Part shown: positions 38,035 to 50,457 of the stretch, in pieces
Layout of the letters: each line of letters begins with the position of its first letter
How positions within the stretch are numbered: position 1 is the first letter of the stretch
Source: Nemertoderma westbladi
Taxonomy: Eukaryota > Animalia > Xenacoelomorpha
NCBI GenBank assembly: GCA_032718475.1
Contig: JAUCBJ010002000.1
Span: 1-64,000, forward strand
Direction: 5' to 3'
Length of the DNA stretch: 64,000 nt
The notes under the pieces: model-generated
The model's database searches: none
What the model was told of the DNA's origin: nothing
The model's input: only the letters and a program-made list of their open reading frames with translations
Translations under genes and position numbers: made by a program

Positions 38035-38699
38035 AAACGAAGTTTAATGAATTTACTTAATATCGTGTGTTATTCTGTTATGATATAAAGATAAAATATC
38101 AATGGAAATATGATTATTATTATTATTTTGCTATTAATTTCTTTTATTGCAATTAATTGAATAATTGATTTTTAGAAACTCAATTATTCAATTAATTGTT
38201 TGGCAGCTCAACCAATTACAATTAATTGATTGGTGCCATGCAATTAAATTGCAATCAATTATTGACAACCCTTGATTGGCTGTCTGGCAACTGGAGTAGC
38301 AGGCTGTGCCTGGGGATTATTGGGGAAGCCCCGTGACAGGGCCACGCTTCCATACAATACTAACTAACATTCACAGTAACTGGAACTGTAACTTAATAAT
38401 GTTTAAGTATGCCAGTAGCCAGCCAGTGATACTTAATGGTAGTCAACGGGAGCTGCAGCCAATGCAATGTTGTAAATATTCATTTCAGAACATGTATTTA
38501 TTTAACATTGGGAGTTCATTATAGTGGCCAGGAACATGTCAGAACTATGAGCATTTATATTCAATTGTCAAAAAACACAGTAATACATTATAAAATGTTG
38601 TATTACTTTAAAAATAAACAGTTTTTATTGATACTCAGAACTAAAAAATCGACTTAGAGGGTTCTGCGTTAAACGTAACGTTTTGGTCCTTTAATTTTA

Positions 38700-38920
38700 T
38701 TACTGATTTGTGACACATTTCACCCAAAACAAAGCCACTACGACCAACGCCTCTACTTCTACTTTTGTACCATGTCCAATTTGACATTGACAAATATCGA
38801 CAGCCTCTATACCCATTTCAAATTTCGAAGTTATACACAAGTCATGGTACCACAGAGAACAGTTATCACAATCTTCCCAATCTATAATGTATCTACAGTA
38901 TACCTTGCAGTTATTCGAAG
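38700..38920 (-). pseudogene. Decayed PHD-finger-like fragment, probably transposon-derived
   Basis: DWEDCDNCSLWYHDLC matches W..CD.C..WYH..C. The flanking cysteines are degenerate. Confidence 0.45.
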
Positions 38921-38991
38921 GATTGATTGAATGACCCAAGACACAAACTTTTCTAATTCGCAACAACTACTCTGCTTATTACTACTTTCTA

Positions 38992-40348
38992 ATAATTGGA
39001 CGGATCCAAGAAGTGGATGTCCTTATTTCTCACGCGTGTTTGTTTGTTTTTTTCTTGTTTGTTTGTACACGCAACTTCTTGCACTTAATGTTGATGGAAT
39101 TGGATGAAACTTTGTTTATTAGGTTCATTATTGGACCTAGTAGCGTATGCAAGATTTTGGTTGCGAGGGACCTGTTGCTTGCCTAGCAACAGTGAAATTA
39201 ATTCTAGAATGACCGATCATAATCGTAGAATTCACTCAATCAAAATTCTGTCGACACCCCATAGGGAGCACCTATTGGACATGCTTTATGCAAAATGTAG
39301 CTTTATTTCGTTTAGAATTGTAGGAGAAGATACATTTCTAACGAACAGTGTTTTTTTTAAATAGGTCCTACCAATACTATATTATACTATTATCATACTG
39401 GCTAACCAATCCCGAATATCGTTGCCAAGACAATATCCTATTGGAGGTTTAAATTATCCTAAATTTCGTAACTTCGTAATGCTATCACTCATCGTCATCG
39501 TCAACGCTATTTGCATCATGACTAAATAATATATGAACTAACATTTTTTTTTTTTTTTTTTTTTTATTTACACCGTAAACGAAATTTAAAATAAAATTAA
39601 AATTGCAATTTCGACACAATACAATACAGTTACTATTATTAGAAAAATAAACTTAAAATAAAATTTAAAACTGAAATTTCGGCACATTACAATACAGTTA
39701 CTATTATTAGAAAAATTGCACTGATATATGGCATCGCAGAATATACTCAGGATCACTGGCCGACATCACCATAATAACCCAACCGGTGTACCACATCACG
39801 ATTCTCTGAGAAAAAGAAGGTAAGAGGCAAAACTAGCTATGCTACTGCTTTCTCTCCTTTTTTTTTTTGAACAGAACATAAAACGAATAACGCACCCCCT
39901 AAAACCATATTACATCAGAACAAAACAAAAATTACAAACAAACGTTCAGTGGTGCAATGATTTTATAATTAAATATTGTGGTATCCCATTATGCGAATAA
40001 TACACGAGCTCGTTCGAGCTCCATTGATGATGGTTGATGATGAGGTTCAGTGTCAAGGTAAGTTGCAGTATAATAATTGAGAGATCTGTCTGGTCCACAT
40101 TGACAACTATTGGGTTATCATACATTATTATTTACGTATTAGGCTGCCCTGCTTATGCGCGTAATTCATTACAACAAACAAACAATAAAATAATAATTGT
40201 GTTGTACAGACGGTACTTGTTGAACGAAACTATGTTTCGTTTTGCGTTTTTCGTTATTAGGCTTCCCTGCATAGGCGCGTGATTTATTACAACAATATTG
40301 ATAGCAATGGATCCGTCCATATTGCCAGCTCTCGATCGCAAGCTTGTA
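38992..40348 (+). mobile_element. Helentron-associated non-autonomous element (HINE/DINE-1 architecture)
   Basis: 12-bp subterminal inverted repeats TGGACGGATCCA (38997-39008) and TGGATCCGTCCA (40308-40319), a 5' hairpin, and a (TTTG)n microsatellite near the 5' end. Confidence 0.7.
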
Positions 40349-41640
40349 AATGAATTGTTGTTATGTGAGTGACAGTGAATTAAGTATACAATGTAATAAA
40401 TAGGACAATATTTTATTATTTCGCTATGGAGAGCATTATCATATTGTACTATTACGTTATATAATTTCTACTTTCTGGGTCACCTTCAGATTCATTTACA
40501 TTTTCGATACTCGAACTATGAGAAACCTCATCTTCAGTAGCCATATTAACGTCTCACCTCATAATCTATGTCAGTAATTATCCTTCGCTTTTATCATGTT
40601 GACCAAGAGTTGCAGTCTATACAATTGTGATTATGGTGAGATCAGTAACCAAGGTTAATGTGGCTTACCGAGTTTCCGATTTATCACACATATACTCAGA
40701 ATTGTGTCGTAGGTACCTGAACAACCCACTTTTTTCTAAAATCTTAATAATGGTTGAGTCATAATGTTTATTTACCCTTTAAATATTTAGCTACTTGCAT
40801 TTTATTTAATAAATTGTCTCCACCAATATTGAACTAGTAGCACTGCAGTTATTCCTCATTTCATCCCTCATTTTCCATCACTAGTTTCCATCCTTTATTA
40901 CTCTTGATGACATCAATTGTTTATGCAACGAGTGTGCCAGCTTGTGAGGCAGGCATGTACATTATGCAATGCGTATTGCATCAATAAAATTTCTTCTACA
41001 TGCTATCTACACTACAAGTATGTCAACTTTGACAGATATCGGTTTGGTTGCAAATCAACATCCAACAATATGGTTTCTAGGATCGATCGTTCTATGATAT
41101 GCACTACCTGCCTACTAATTATTGACAACAGCTCCATACCTATTATTCTGAAAAACAGGTGATTTGCTAATTTGTTTGCATGAAATTTAGGGTGATATAA
41201 TTAGTTCGCTAATTAGTGTGAACTGGGAGTGAGTTACGCCAAAGTTTGTAATATTATAATATTTATTTAGGTCTTCTTTTTATTTCTTGCTTTTTTGTGA
41301 TGCAAATGCATGATTGATTAATCTGTACATAGTCTTTAAATGTCATCCTGGAACCTATTACATACATGTGCTGCACCATTGCAGACCCCAGCGGGAATAT
41401 TTTAATTATTATCATATGGCCTTCTCACACGCATCAACTTGAGTCTGCGGGAAACTTGTTGATGCAACTTGTATGTATCTGTAACTTGTTGCTGAACTCC
41501 TCACATCTCACATGACATGACACTCCTTGCTCAAGTAAATATCAATTATCATATATAATATTTAACTATTTACATACTTGTGTGTAAAGTAGCACTTTAC
41601 AGTGTGATGACATATACTGGCTGTCAGGCAAATTTCCACC

Positions 41641-41731
41641 TATTGTTTACGAGGTATCCAATGATGGTGTTAAGTAATGTCCCCTTAGTGGACATTACTT
41701 AACGCCGTCATGGTTTACCACGTAAACAATA
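41641..41731. repeat. ~90-bp imperfect palindrome
   Basis: tattgtttacg...gttaagtaatgtcc[ccttagt]ggacattacttaac...cgtaaacaata. Confidence 0.85.
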
Positions 41732-41959
41732 ACACCAAATACAATACTAAATGTACAGGACAATACAATGCTGTAATGTCCTCTAAAGTTGTAAAGTGAT
41801 AAATAACAACTTGCTGCTAATACTATCGGCGTTGAGTAATGTTACAATTTTGGAATAATATATATTTATTATCAAATAAACACCAAACAATAAACAAACT
41901 ACTACTTGTATGGTATAAATCAACTTACTATGTATAAACTGTCAACTATATATTAACAG

Positions 41960-42748
41960 CCCTATAAAACTAATTGGAGCGATACAGATTTAGACTTAGC
42001 TCTGCATTCTGTGAGAATGGGAAAAAAGATTTATAAAGCGCATAAAGAGTTTGGTATCCCATTTAGAACTCTACATCGTGCCGTGAAATGGGGTTCGAAA
42101 TCAGAAACAAATCCAGGAAGACCATTTGTTTTTACAGAAATCGAGGAAGATTGTTTCATAAAAACTATAAACCATCTAACTGATTGGAAATTTCCTCTAA
42201 CGGCATTTGATGTTAAGCTTCTAGTGAAAGATTACCTGGACAAAGCTGGTCGAGTGACGCGATTTAAAAACAATTTGCCAGGTAAGGATTGGCTTCATGG
42301 TTTCATGAAAAGACATAAGCTTTGGAAACGACTTGCTGACAAAGTGAAACCACAGCGAATTAATGTTAATTCAATTGCAATCAAGGAGTTTTTTGATTAT
42401 TACAAAGAGGAGACTAAAGACATTTTGCCCCAATTCATATCGCACCTCTAAAGAAGGTCTGGAGGTCTGTTTTGTCTGATTGGAGACTTGAAACACGATG
42501 TCAAGGAGGGATTCCAGGTTTTTCCCAGTCTAATGAAACGCTTACTGAGCGAGTATGTTACCTGTACTGCCAATATGATAGCCGGATTTAAGGCTTGTGG
42601 ACTATATCCTTTGGATAGAAATCAGGTTCTGAAGCGCTTAGCTCCCGAGGATACAACTACTGATGTATCAGTGAGAACACATTTAGGAGATTCGGTTCCA
42701 GATCTTCTCTCCAAACATGTTCTTCCAGCAAAGTTTATGTATACATAA
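41960..42748 (+). pseudogene. pogo/Tigger-like transposase remnant (Psq HTH + CENP-B HTH, post-DDE piece; DDE core deleted)
   Basis: AHKEFGIPFRTL, GRPFVFTEIEE, FKNNLPGKDWLHGFMKRH, and NMIAGFKACGLYPLDRNQVL. Confidence 0.85.
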
Positions 42749-42816
42749 ATTATATTATAATATAATAATATATATAATAATATATAATAATAATAATAAT
42801 AATAAATATAATCATG

Positions 42817-43330
42817 TATATTGATCAGTTATTACAGTTCAGAAGTATTGAACTGTCAGATACGATATATTATTAGGTATATATTTTTTATTTTTTTTGG
42901 GTATATTGATCAGTTATTACAGTTCAGAAGTATTTAACTGTCAGATACGATATATTATTAGGTATATATTTTTTATTTTTTTTTTGGGTATATTGATCAG
43001 TTATTACAGTTCAGAAGTATTGAACTGTCAGATAAGATATATTATTAGGTATATATTTTTTATTTTTTTGGTATATTGATGAGTTATTACAGTTCAGAAG
43101 TATTGAACTGTCAGATACGATATATTATTAGGTATATATTTTTTATTTTTTTGGTATATTGATGAGTTATTACAGTTCAGAAGTAATGAACTGTCAGATA
43201 CGATATATTATTAGGTATATATTTTTTATTTTTTTTGGGTATATTGATCAGTTATTACAGTTCAGAAGTATTGAACTGTCAGATACGATATATTATTAGG
43301 TATATATTTTTTATTTTTTTGGGTATATTG
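42817..43330. repeat. Tandem array of ~8 copies of an ~85-bp unit
   Basis: Unit gtatattgatcagttattacagttcagaagtattgaactgtcagatacgatatattattaggtatatattttttattttttttgg, starting at ~42817, 42901, 42988, 43071, 43154, 43239 and a partial at 43323 (six full copies plus a partial; the count in the call is an upper estimate). Confidence 0.9.
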
Positions 43331-44085
43331 TAGTTATCGTAACCACTCACAAACTTTACTTTTAGATTGTTGGGAAGAGCTGGCGATAGTATGTTAAATT
43401 TAACAAATGCGTGGTCACTACTTGAAAAATGCTTCGCAGTATCCACACCTGATACAAATTTAGCGTCGGTAGTAAGCACAAGTTCAAGTATGTGTTTACC
43501 GCGGGTGGGTTTGAGCTGCAATTGCAATAGCGAATTTGGTAATAAAAAATTACTAAATAGATTATAGGTCGCGTTATCAGGATGAGAAGAACTTACCCAA
43601 TCAAAATAGGGAAAGTTCAAGTCTCCTGTAATTACACAAGGGAAATCAACATTACACAAAGTAGTTAAACCGTTATATTTGGGTATTACTGTAATCAGGT
43701 ATGTCAGATCGTGGTGGTGGTCGATAACAACAAATAAAACGAGATTTTAGAGAACCAATCACATCTATAGCGGCTACAGAGAATTCGTGTTCCATAAGAT
43801 TACTTGGCAAAGTCACCGAGTGGCATTTTAAGTCCTTGTGCACCAATGTAACTGCGCCGCCACCACTGCGTTCCTTACGATCGCTGTGTGCTATTACTAA
43901 TAGTAATTAGAACTACCTAATAACATGGCATTCGTGATCTCATCATTTAACCACGTTTCAGTTATGGATACAATTTGGAACAGATCATCTTGAAGAAAAA
44001 GTTTGAGATCTGATAGTTTGTTTTTTACTGATTGGGAATTAAAATTTGTGCAATTAATAAAAGGGTTTGGAGTACTTGGAACCTG
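43331..44085 (-). mobile_element. CR1-like LINE APE endonuclease region (decayed)
   Basis: NSQSVKNK, ITETWL, DRKERSGGG, YRPP, GDLNFP, PTRGKHILELVLT and SDH. Confidence 0.85.
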
Positions 44086-44301
44086 TGGTGAGTGATTCTC
44101 TCCTCCTACTGGTTTCCCTGGTTAGGAGACCCGGTAACTGGGGACTGTCCCTGAGGGGGTTGTGGACCCGCAGTGGCAGCTGGTCGAGCAGTTACAGATG
44201 AAGGGTTAATCCGTCCCTTTGGTTTTATTTCACTTCCCGCTACAGGACGTGATCCAGGACTACCAGATACTCTTTCGCGATAAACCCACTCCCGATCTCT
44301 T

Positions 44302-44463
44302 AACTACTACTTGTGCTACTTGTATACTTTTTGTCGGCCTTGAGACCAGGGATTACAAACAAAGTCTGGCGACTTATTTCCAGTGCGGTCCCCCCCAGAA
44401 CTATACTCCCAAGAGGAAACTCCAGTACTCATTTAGCTACCATTCAAGGATTCAAGGATGTGC
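44302..44463 (-). mobile_element. 5'-truncated copy of the tRNA-derived SINE at 53453-53736
   Basis: cgacttatttccagtgcggtccccc..agaact.tactccc.agaggaaactc.agtactcatttagctacca is shared with 53518-53589. Confidence 0.85.
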
Positions 44464-45487
44464 CCTCAATTTAATTAGCATACGATAAGAAAAGTACTGA
44501 TTGACAACAATGACATTTATTAATATCCATTAATTAAAAAACAGATTACAAATAAAACAAACCAAATAAAATAGAAGCACAAAATAACTAATAATGAACT
44601 ATATAAATGAACTAATAAAATATGATGAACTATTTAAAAAATATAAACACTAACAAAATATTGAATGGCATTGGGTGTAAGCATAAAAATAAACACTCTG
44701 TCTACGTTATATTGTATGTAAACATTGTCTACTTTAAAAGATATAAAAGATATCACGGCACGGAACATTGGGCAACCATAAAGAACAATTTACTTTATCG
44801 AAATTATAAACTCTAATATTGTATGTAAATTATTATTATTGTATGTATTCGCAAATAAAGCCAGAAGTCGTAGCTCTTCCGTCACCTGAAGACCTTTGCA
44901 GTGAAAGTGTACTGTTGTTCAGATGTGAAATCAGGACTATAAAGTAGTACAGTATACGTTATACTGTAGTACAGTATAACGAAATCAATTGAACAACGAA
45001 TTGATGGTTGTTCAACAAGACTTTACGGCAGCCCTCATCATCAGCTGGAGACAACACATGGCAAACGCAGAGTTTTATGGCACAAACGCAGATTAAGTTT
45101 CACTGGGCAATGCTGGAAAAGTTCATGCCAGATCTACTTTTCTGGCAACCAACCGTCACGTTGTCAAATAAATCATATTACAGTACTTTACCTACTGTAT
45201 GTTTATTTTTACTCGTTATATTTTAACTTTATATTACTCTAATAAAACTTCTGGAGTTGAGAGAATAAAGGAATTCAAGAATTGTTCAAATGGGAATAGA
45301 GTTGTAACACAACAAAATAAGTAATATAAGAATTCGGTCTAAAAGGCAACAATGCGCGTATGGTTCAATCCCCTATGACTTTATCATCTTTTCAATTTCT
45401 GAACAAAATCATACAACAATTTTAAAATATTATTAATTTAAGTACGCATTCTGTTAAATTATAATATGGTTAGTACAAATGAGTAAC

Positions 45488-46661
45488 AACAGAGAAACAA
45501 CATGTTCCTATCTGTTCAACCGTAAGTAGTCATCATTTTATTTAAACAGGGACACAAAGCGCAACCCTGTTTAAATAATACTGTAAGTAAAATTATCACA
45601 TTGGTTACATTTTTGCATATGTGTTTCGCCGGGATTTGGCGCATCAGCTACACTAACCCGTGCAGTTTTTTTTTCTATTCTACATTTACATTAAATATTT
45701 CGTCTATTAATAAGCGAATATATATAGAAAATCATATAGAAATAATTAAGAAACTGCATCTCATAACATGAACAGCAAAAATTACTAAAGTTAGAACTAA
45801 AGTTATTCTAGTTCCTTCCATTCCCCTGGATATTTTCATTTGTTTCATATTTTTGTATGATGATACTAATGATTAAAGTTATTATTATGAATGCAACAAT
45901 CAACATCCAAACAATCATCTTTTCGTTTTTCTTCGGCGGGGGGTTCTGACATTCGCCTATCGACATAGGCAGGCAATTCGAACAAGGGGTATTGGCTCTA
46001 GCACATTGGCATCTGATGCATTTTCCGATAATCACCTTACATTTGCAGCACTTCATCTTCAATTATATGTTATTATTATTATATTTATATATTGATATTA
46101 TTAGATTGTTCTAGTAGATTGATATTTTATTTCGATAAATTATGTAAATTCAATCTAGAACTCACTTTTCACAATTTCAATTCAATCAATTCTAATTAAT
46201 TTTACTTGCTTGATATTGGTCAGTCAAAAACATAATTCGTTCAACTCAAAATTATATTTAAGAGACCGGATCATGCTGAACATGGTTGTTTAAAATGCCT
46301 TCCTATTATTTTATTTTTATTATAATTAGCAACCATGCACTAGACAAATTATCTCATATAGTGTTGCTAAGGAAATGATTGCTTATTTGATCTGGAATGC
46401 AATGCTATTTGTTTATATGTTTGTGTGTGTGTTTAGCTGGTTTTTGGTGTAGTTAGTTTGATTAACATGTGTCCTGCAAGCGTCAGTGTAGCTGAAACCC
46501 GGCGAAATCCGGCCAAATCCCGGCGAAACAGATATGCAAAAATGTAACCAATGTGATAATTTTACTTACAGTATTTAAACAGGGTTGCGCTTTGTATCCC
46601 TGTTTAAATAAAATGATGACTACTTACGGTTGAACAGATATGAACATGTTGTTTCTCTGTT
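45488..46661. mobile_element. Foldback element with ~150-170-bp inverted arms
   Basis: 45488-45640 is the near-exact reverse complement of 46511-46661. No clear TSD. Confidence 0.85.
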
Positions 46662-47083
46662 TCCAATTAATTTGACTTGCTTGATATTGGTCTGTCAAAA
46701 ACATAATTCGTTCAACTCAAAATTATATATATATAGACACAAAACGTAGCAAGGACGCCATTCTCACTAAAAAGGGACTGGCGTCCTTGCTACCTATGCA
46801 GAATATGAAACTGTCGGTTCAGCTACCATGAGTGGCACCATTGCTACTTAGGTAGCAATGGTGGCAAAGTGGCTACAATGCTACCATAATTTGACAACCA
46901 AGTTGATAAGCCCATTTAGCGTGATATAAATATATATAAGTTTATTGACATAATATCTAAATACTAAACGCACAAAAATATTTACATAATTTCACCAAAT
47001 AAATCGAGTATATATTAATAAAATGCGGCAAAGATATTAGTCCAAGAAAAATATTAATTAATTTTTAATTAATTTTGACCTAC

Positions 47084-47840
47084 CTAAAACGAGTTAATTA
47101 CTTCATTTATTATTTTACAGATTGTGGAGCTATCGTACAAATCCATTAATTCCTTTAAATTATTAATTGTTACTATATTGTATTTAGTTCTTATTTCCTT
47201 GGTAAAAAGACAATCAAAAATGGCGTGGTGCTCTGACTGCACTGATACTGAGTCACAACTGCAAACTCTGTCACATCTGGGAGTTCTAGACCACCTACCC
47301 ATTTCTATGCGTAGACGATGTGAACTCAGTCTAAAACGACTAAAGTCAACCCTTTTTGAATCTGGAATAAAAATCTTTTTTGAATATACTTTATGGCATT
47401 CTAGAGTAGGATTTATTTCCGTATAGATTTTAAATTTACTTTGATTTATCGCTTTATTCATAATTTTAGCTTGTAATTTAAGTTTATCTGTCTTTAAAAT
47501 ATTAGATTCGTTCTTCAAGAGCTTGCTTATATATCTGTATCCGGGAGAGTTTAATTTCTTAAGGATCACATAAGCCTTATATACGGGATCTTCAGGATTC
47601 CAGTTTTTCATTAATCGAATTAAAGATTTCTGTGTAATTGAATAAATCATAGAGTCTACTTCTGGCATACCTAATTCAACCAAACATAACTTATTGGGCG
47701 TTGTATTTCTTACATTAAGTAGTAATTTTACTAATCTGATATAAAGTGACCTAATCTCATTACTACCTACTTCAGACAGCCAAGTATAACAAGAATATAA
47801 AACTGCCGCTAATACTGCACTATTGAAAAACGGATCTTTT
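47084..47840 (-). mobile_element. RTEX/Proto2-like LINE, post-RT region with C-terminal zinc knuckle
   Basis: VLYSCYTW...ELG...SRFRLSSHRLRIEMGRW...RVCSC...SEHHAIFDC. Confidence 0.75.
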
Positions 47841-47949
47841 TAATATAAACGGCATATTAGTGTTAGAGGCGCAAAATATTCCAAACTTCCTAACATGTTT
47901 TTCCACTTCCTTCGCATGTAATTTAATTGCAGATTTAAGTTTTCCGTCT

Positions 47950-48245
47950 TGAGTAAAATGCGCTCATCTAACTCATTTTCTATTTCTTGTATTCCTGCAA
48001 CAAATGCTGGTCTCGAGCACTTCTTCGAAAATTCGTGCCGATATTCCATATATGGAAACAAAAAAAAATCGTACATCCTTCACCCATGCGGCATCCTTTG
48101 ATCCATAAAAGTAGACCCATAAACATATACCCATCTTTAATCCTGGAGGATCGGCCATGGCTGGTGGAGCAGAAATACGACCAGGCCATGGTGTATCTTT
48201 TTTTGCGCATTTTCGCCCACACCAGATCACCAATCCTCATCATTT
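47950..48245 (-). pseudogene. PWWP domain, intronless, with two frameshifts
   Basis: Joined frames give IGDLVWAKMRKKDTPWPGRI...WVYFYGSKDAAWVK...LFPYMEYRHEF...PAFVAGIQEIE. Confidence 0.8.
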
Positions 48246-48527
48246 GTGACTCATCTGACTCCAGACCAGAACTGGTCAAATTACATTCCTCATCAGAACT
48301 TTTTAAATATGGATTACTTTCTTCTTCCTCTTTGAGGGATTATCAACTTGGGGAGAATTTGGATGCTTGGATGATTCCGGGATTTCTTCCTTCGACTGGA
48401 TTCTCACTTTTATTGTTGTCAACTTCCTGGGATTGTTTTAATTTGTCGCTTGGATTAGATCTTCGCTCACACCCACGTTTATTGTGTCGACATTCACCAT
48501 ACTTCGTATGAAAGACTTTAGACTTCT

Positions 48528-49860
48528 TATTATTATTATTATTGTTATTATCATACACCGGCAATCCAGGTACAGACTACATAATGTGAACAAAAAGAAA
48601 AATAAATCAACTAAACAGCATAGTACACAATACATAAGAATAATTATAGCACAAATCGTAATAAGGACCTATAAGAACAAAATAAATATACAACAGATAG
48701 TTAATGATAAACAGTTAAGTAGTAACACGAATGTCTAACGCGAACAAATATTTACCAAAATATCATTAAGTTCAACCAAGCTGAAACCGGGAATATTTAG
48801 AAATCCATTGTTATAATCAACTAATTCTCTACACAAAGGCACTATATATGATGATCTACTGTCTGGGAACCAAGTGACATTATTGCATAGCCGTTTTGAA
48901 ACATTATTGAAACCTACTTGACATTTATTAATAATATGATATAAATTCGAACCAGACACTGTCCTACAATCAAATAAACATAATGTTGCAAGAAATTTAA
49001 TTGAGGGTTTATAAAAATACTAAAGTAAATTATTATTATTATTTATTATTATATTTATATTTATTTATATAAATATTAAATATTATAAATATTATTTATA
49101 AATATTTATATTTATATTTATTATTATATTATTATTATTATTATTTACTACTATACTAAAGTAAATTTACCAATTTACCGCGTTTTGACATTACATCACT
49201 GGTAAATCTACCACTAAAATGAAATATATTACCCAAATGGGTGGCTTGCTTAACCCAAGGAAGGGAGGAGCCATTTAATACAATATTACAGTTAGGTGGT
49301 GACCAAGTAAACCCGAACGGAATGCACTTACTTTTACTCTTATTTGGGTCTTTATTTGTGCTGAAAATCATATTATTCTGGACTGCGAAATCGCTACAAA
49401 TATTCATCATAACTTGTAAACCGGCAATTGTCGGGCATAAAAGTAGGATATCGTCCACATAAATTATCACACCAAAATATCTGGAGCTAATATTGCACCC
49501 TATCTGAGCTATCTATCCCTATCTGAGCTTTTCAGCAAGAGAATTTAGGATGACACAAAACAATAGCGGCGACGCTACCGACCCTTGTCTTACTCCATTA
49601 GAAATGCCAAATGCATCTGAACTTGAAGACCCCCATTTAACACAGCCTTAACACAGTCTAACCTCGATAAACGAACAACAACATCCGAAGGAAAAGTACA
49701 GAAAACCCATTCTTCATGAGTTCCATAAACAATGAAACCCAATTGACTAGGACAAACGCTTTAGACAGGTCTAAAAAACAACCATATACCGGGGTGGAGA
49801 AACGCGAGTAATATGAAATCACCTCGCTGGCTGCCCAGCTACAAGATGTCATGCTGGAAT
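48528..49860 (-). mobile_element. L2/CR1-group LINE, RT C-terminal half to (TAA)n tail
   Basis: FLDLSKAF, NGVRQGSVASP, YVDDILLL, KSKC and HLG. Tail at 48528-48552. Confidence 0.88.
49032..49152. repeat. AT-rich (TTA)n-like insertion flanked by a 15-bp direct repeat
   Basis: ATACTAAAGTAAATT at 49017-49031 and 49153-49167. Confidence 0.85.
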
Positions 49861-50457
49861 CTTACGAGACGTTTTAGACTTCATACGTTTATGTTGAAGA
49901 CCATACAAAAAAAATGAAAAAAAAAATTGGTCGAAATCGTCATTTTTTATGTGAAAAATTGCAAAAATGTCCAAAAATTTAAAACTTAAAAAATGTGTAA
50001 GTCTGAAATAAATTCGAACACCCTTTTTTAGAATTCCATAATTTTTGTAATACCAAACTGAGCCTAAAAATGGCTCTATTACTTAAAACTGCCGACATCT
50101 TCGTTTTCTATAAGTGAAAATAAATTTTATTAATAAATTTTAAAAATAATTATTTAAATCAAAATTTTTAAAAACTCATTTACAGCAACATGCTGCTTAT
50201 TGATTGCTCAATCTGATCTAACAGAAAGCACTGATTGCTCTCACTATTAATTGGGGACCAGATGTGACAATGATTCTGATATGGATACAAGTAGTTAAAT
50301 AAAAAAACATGTGCTTCATAGTTAACCTGAATCTTCATGATCAGTTAATTAAACGACATTTCCATGGCAATAATATTGGCTACTTTCTAACATAACTGAT
50401 TATAGAATAAGTAAGTTTAATAAGAAGAAATTTATTCCAATTAATCTAAACATGTTT

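Larger units (their letters stand above)
35491..38274 (+). mobile_element. Full-length hAT transposon with decayed transposase, interrupted by a LINE
   Basis: 18-bp TIRs CAAGGGTTGTCAAWAATT. 8-bp TSD ATTGGCTG at 35483-35490 and 38275-38282. Subterminal caattaattg repeats at both ends. Confidence 0.95.

Noticed and set aside
42817-43330. CRISPR-like array (also considered for 54937-55043)
   Set aside because: Units are contiguous with no unique spacers, there are no cas genes, and the context is eukaryotic.
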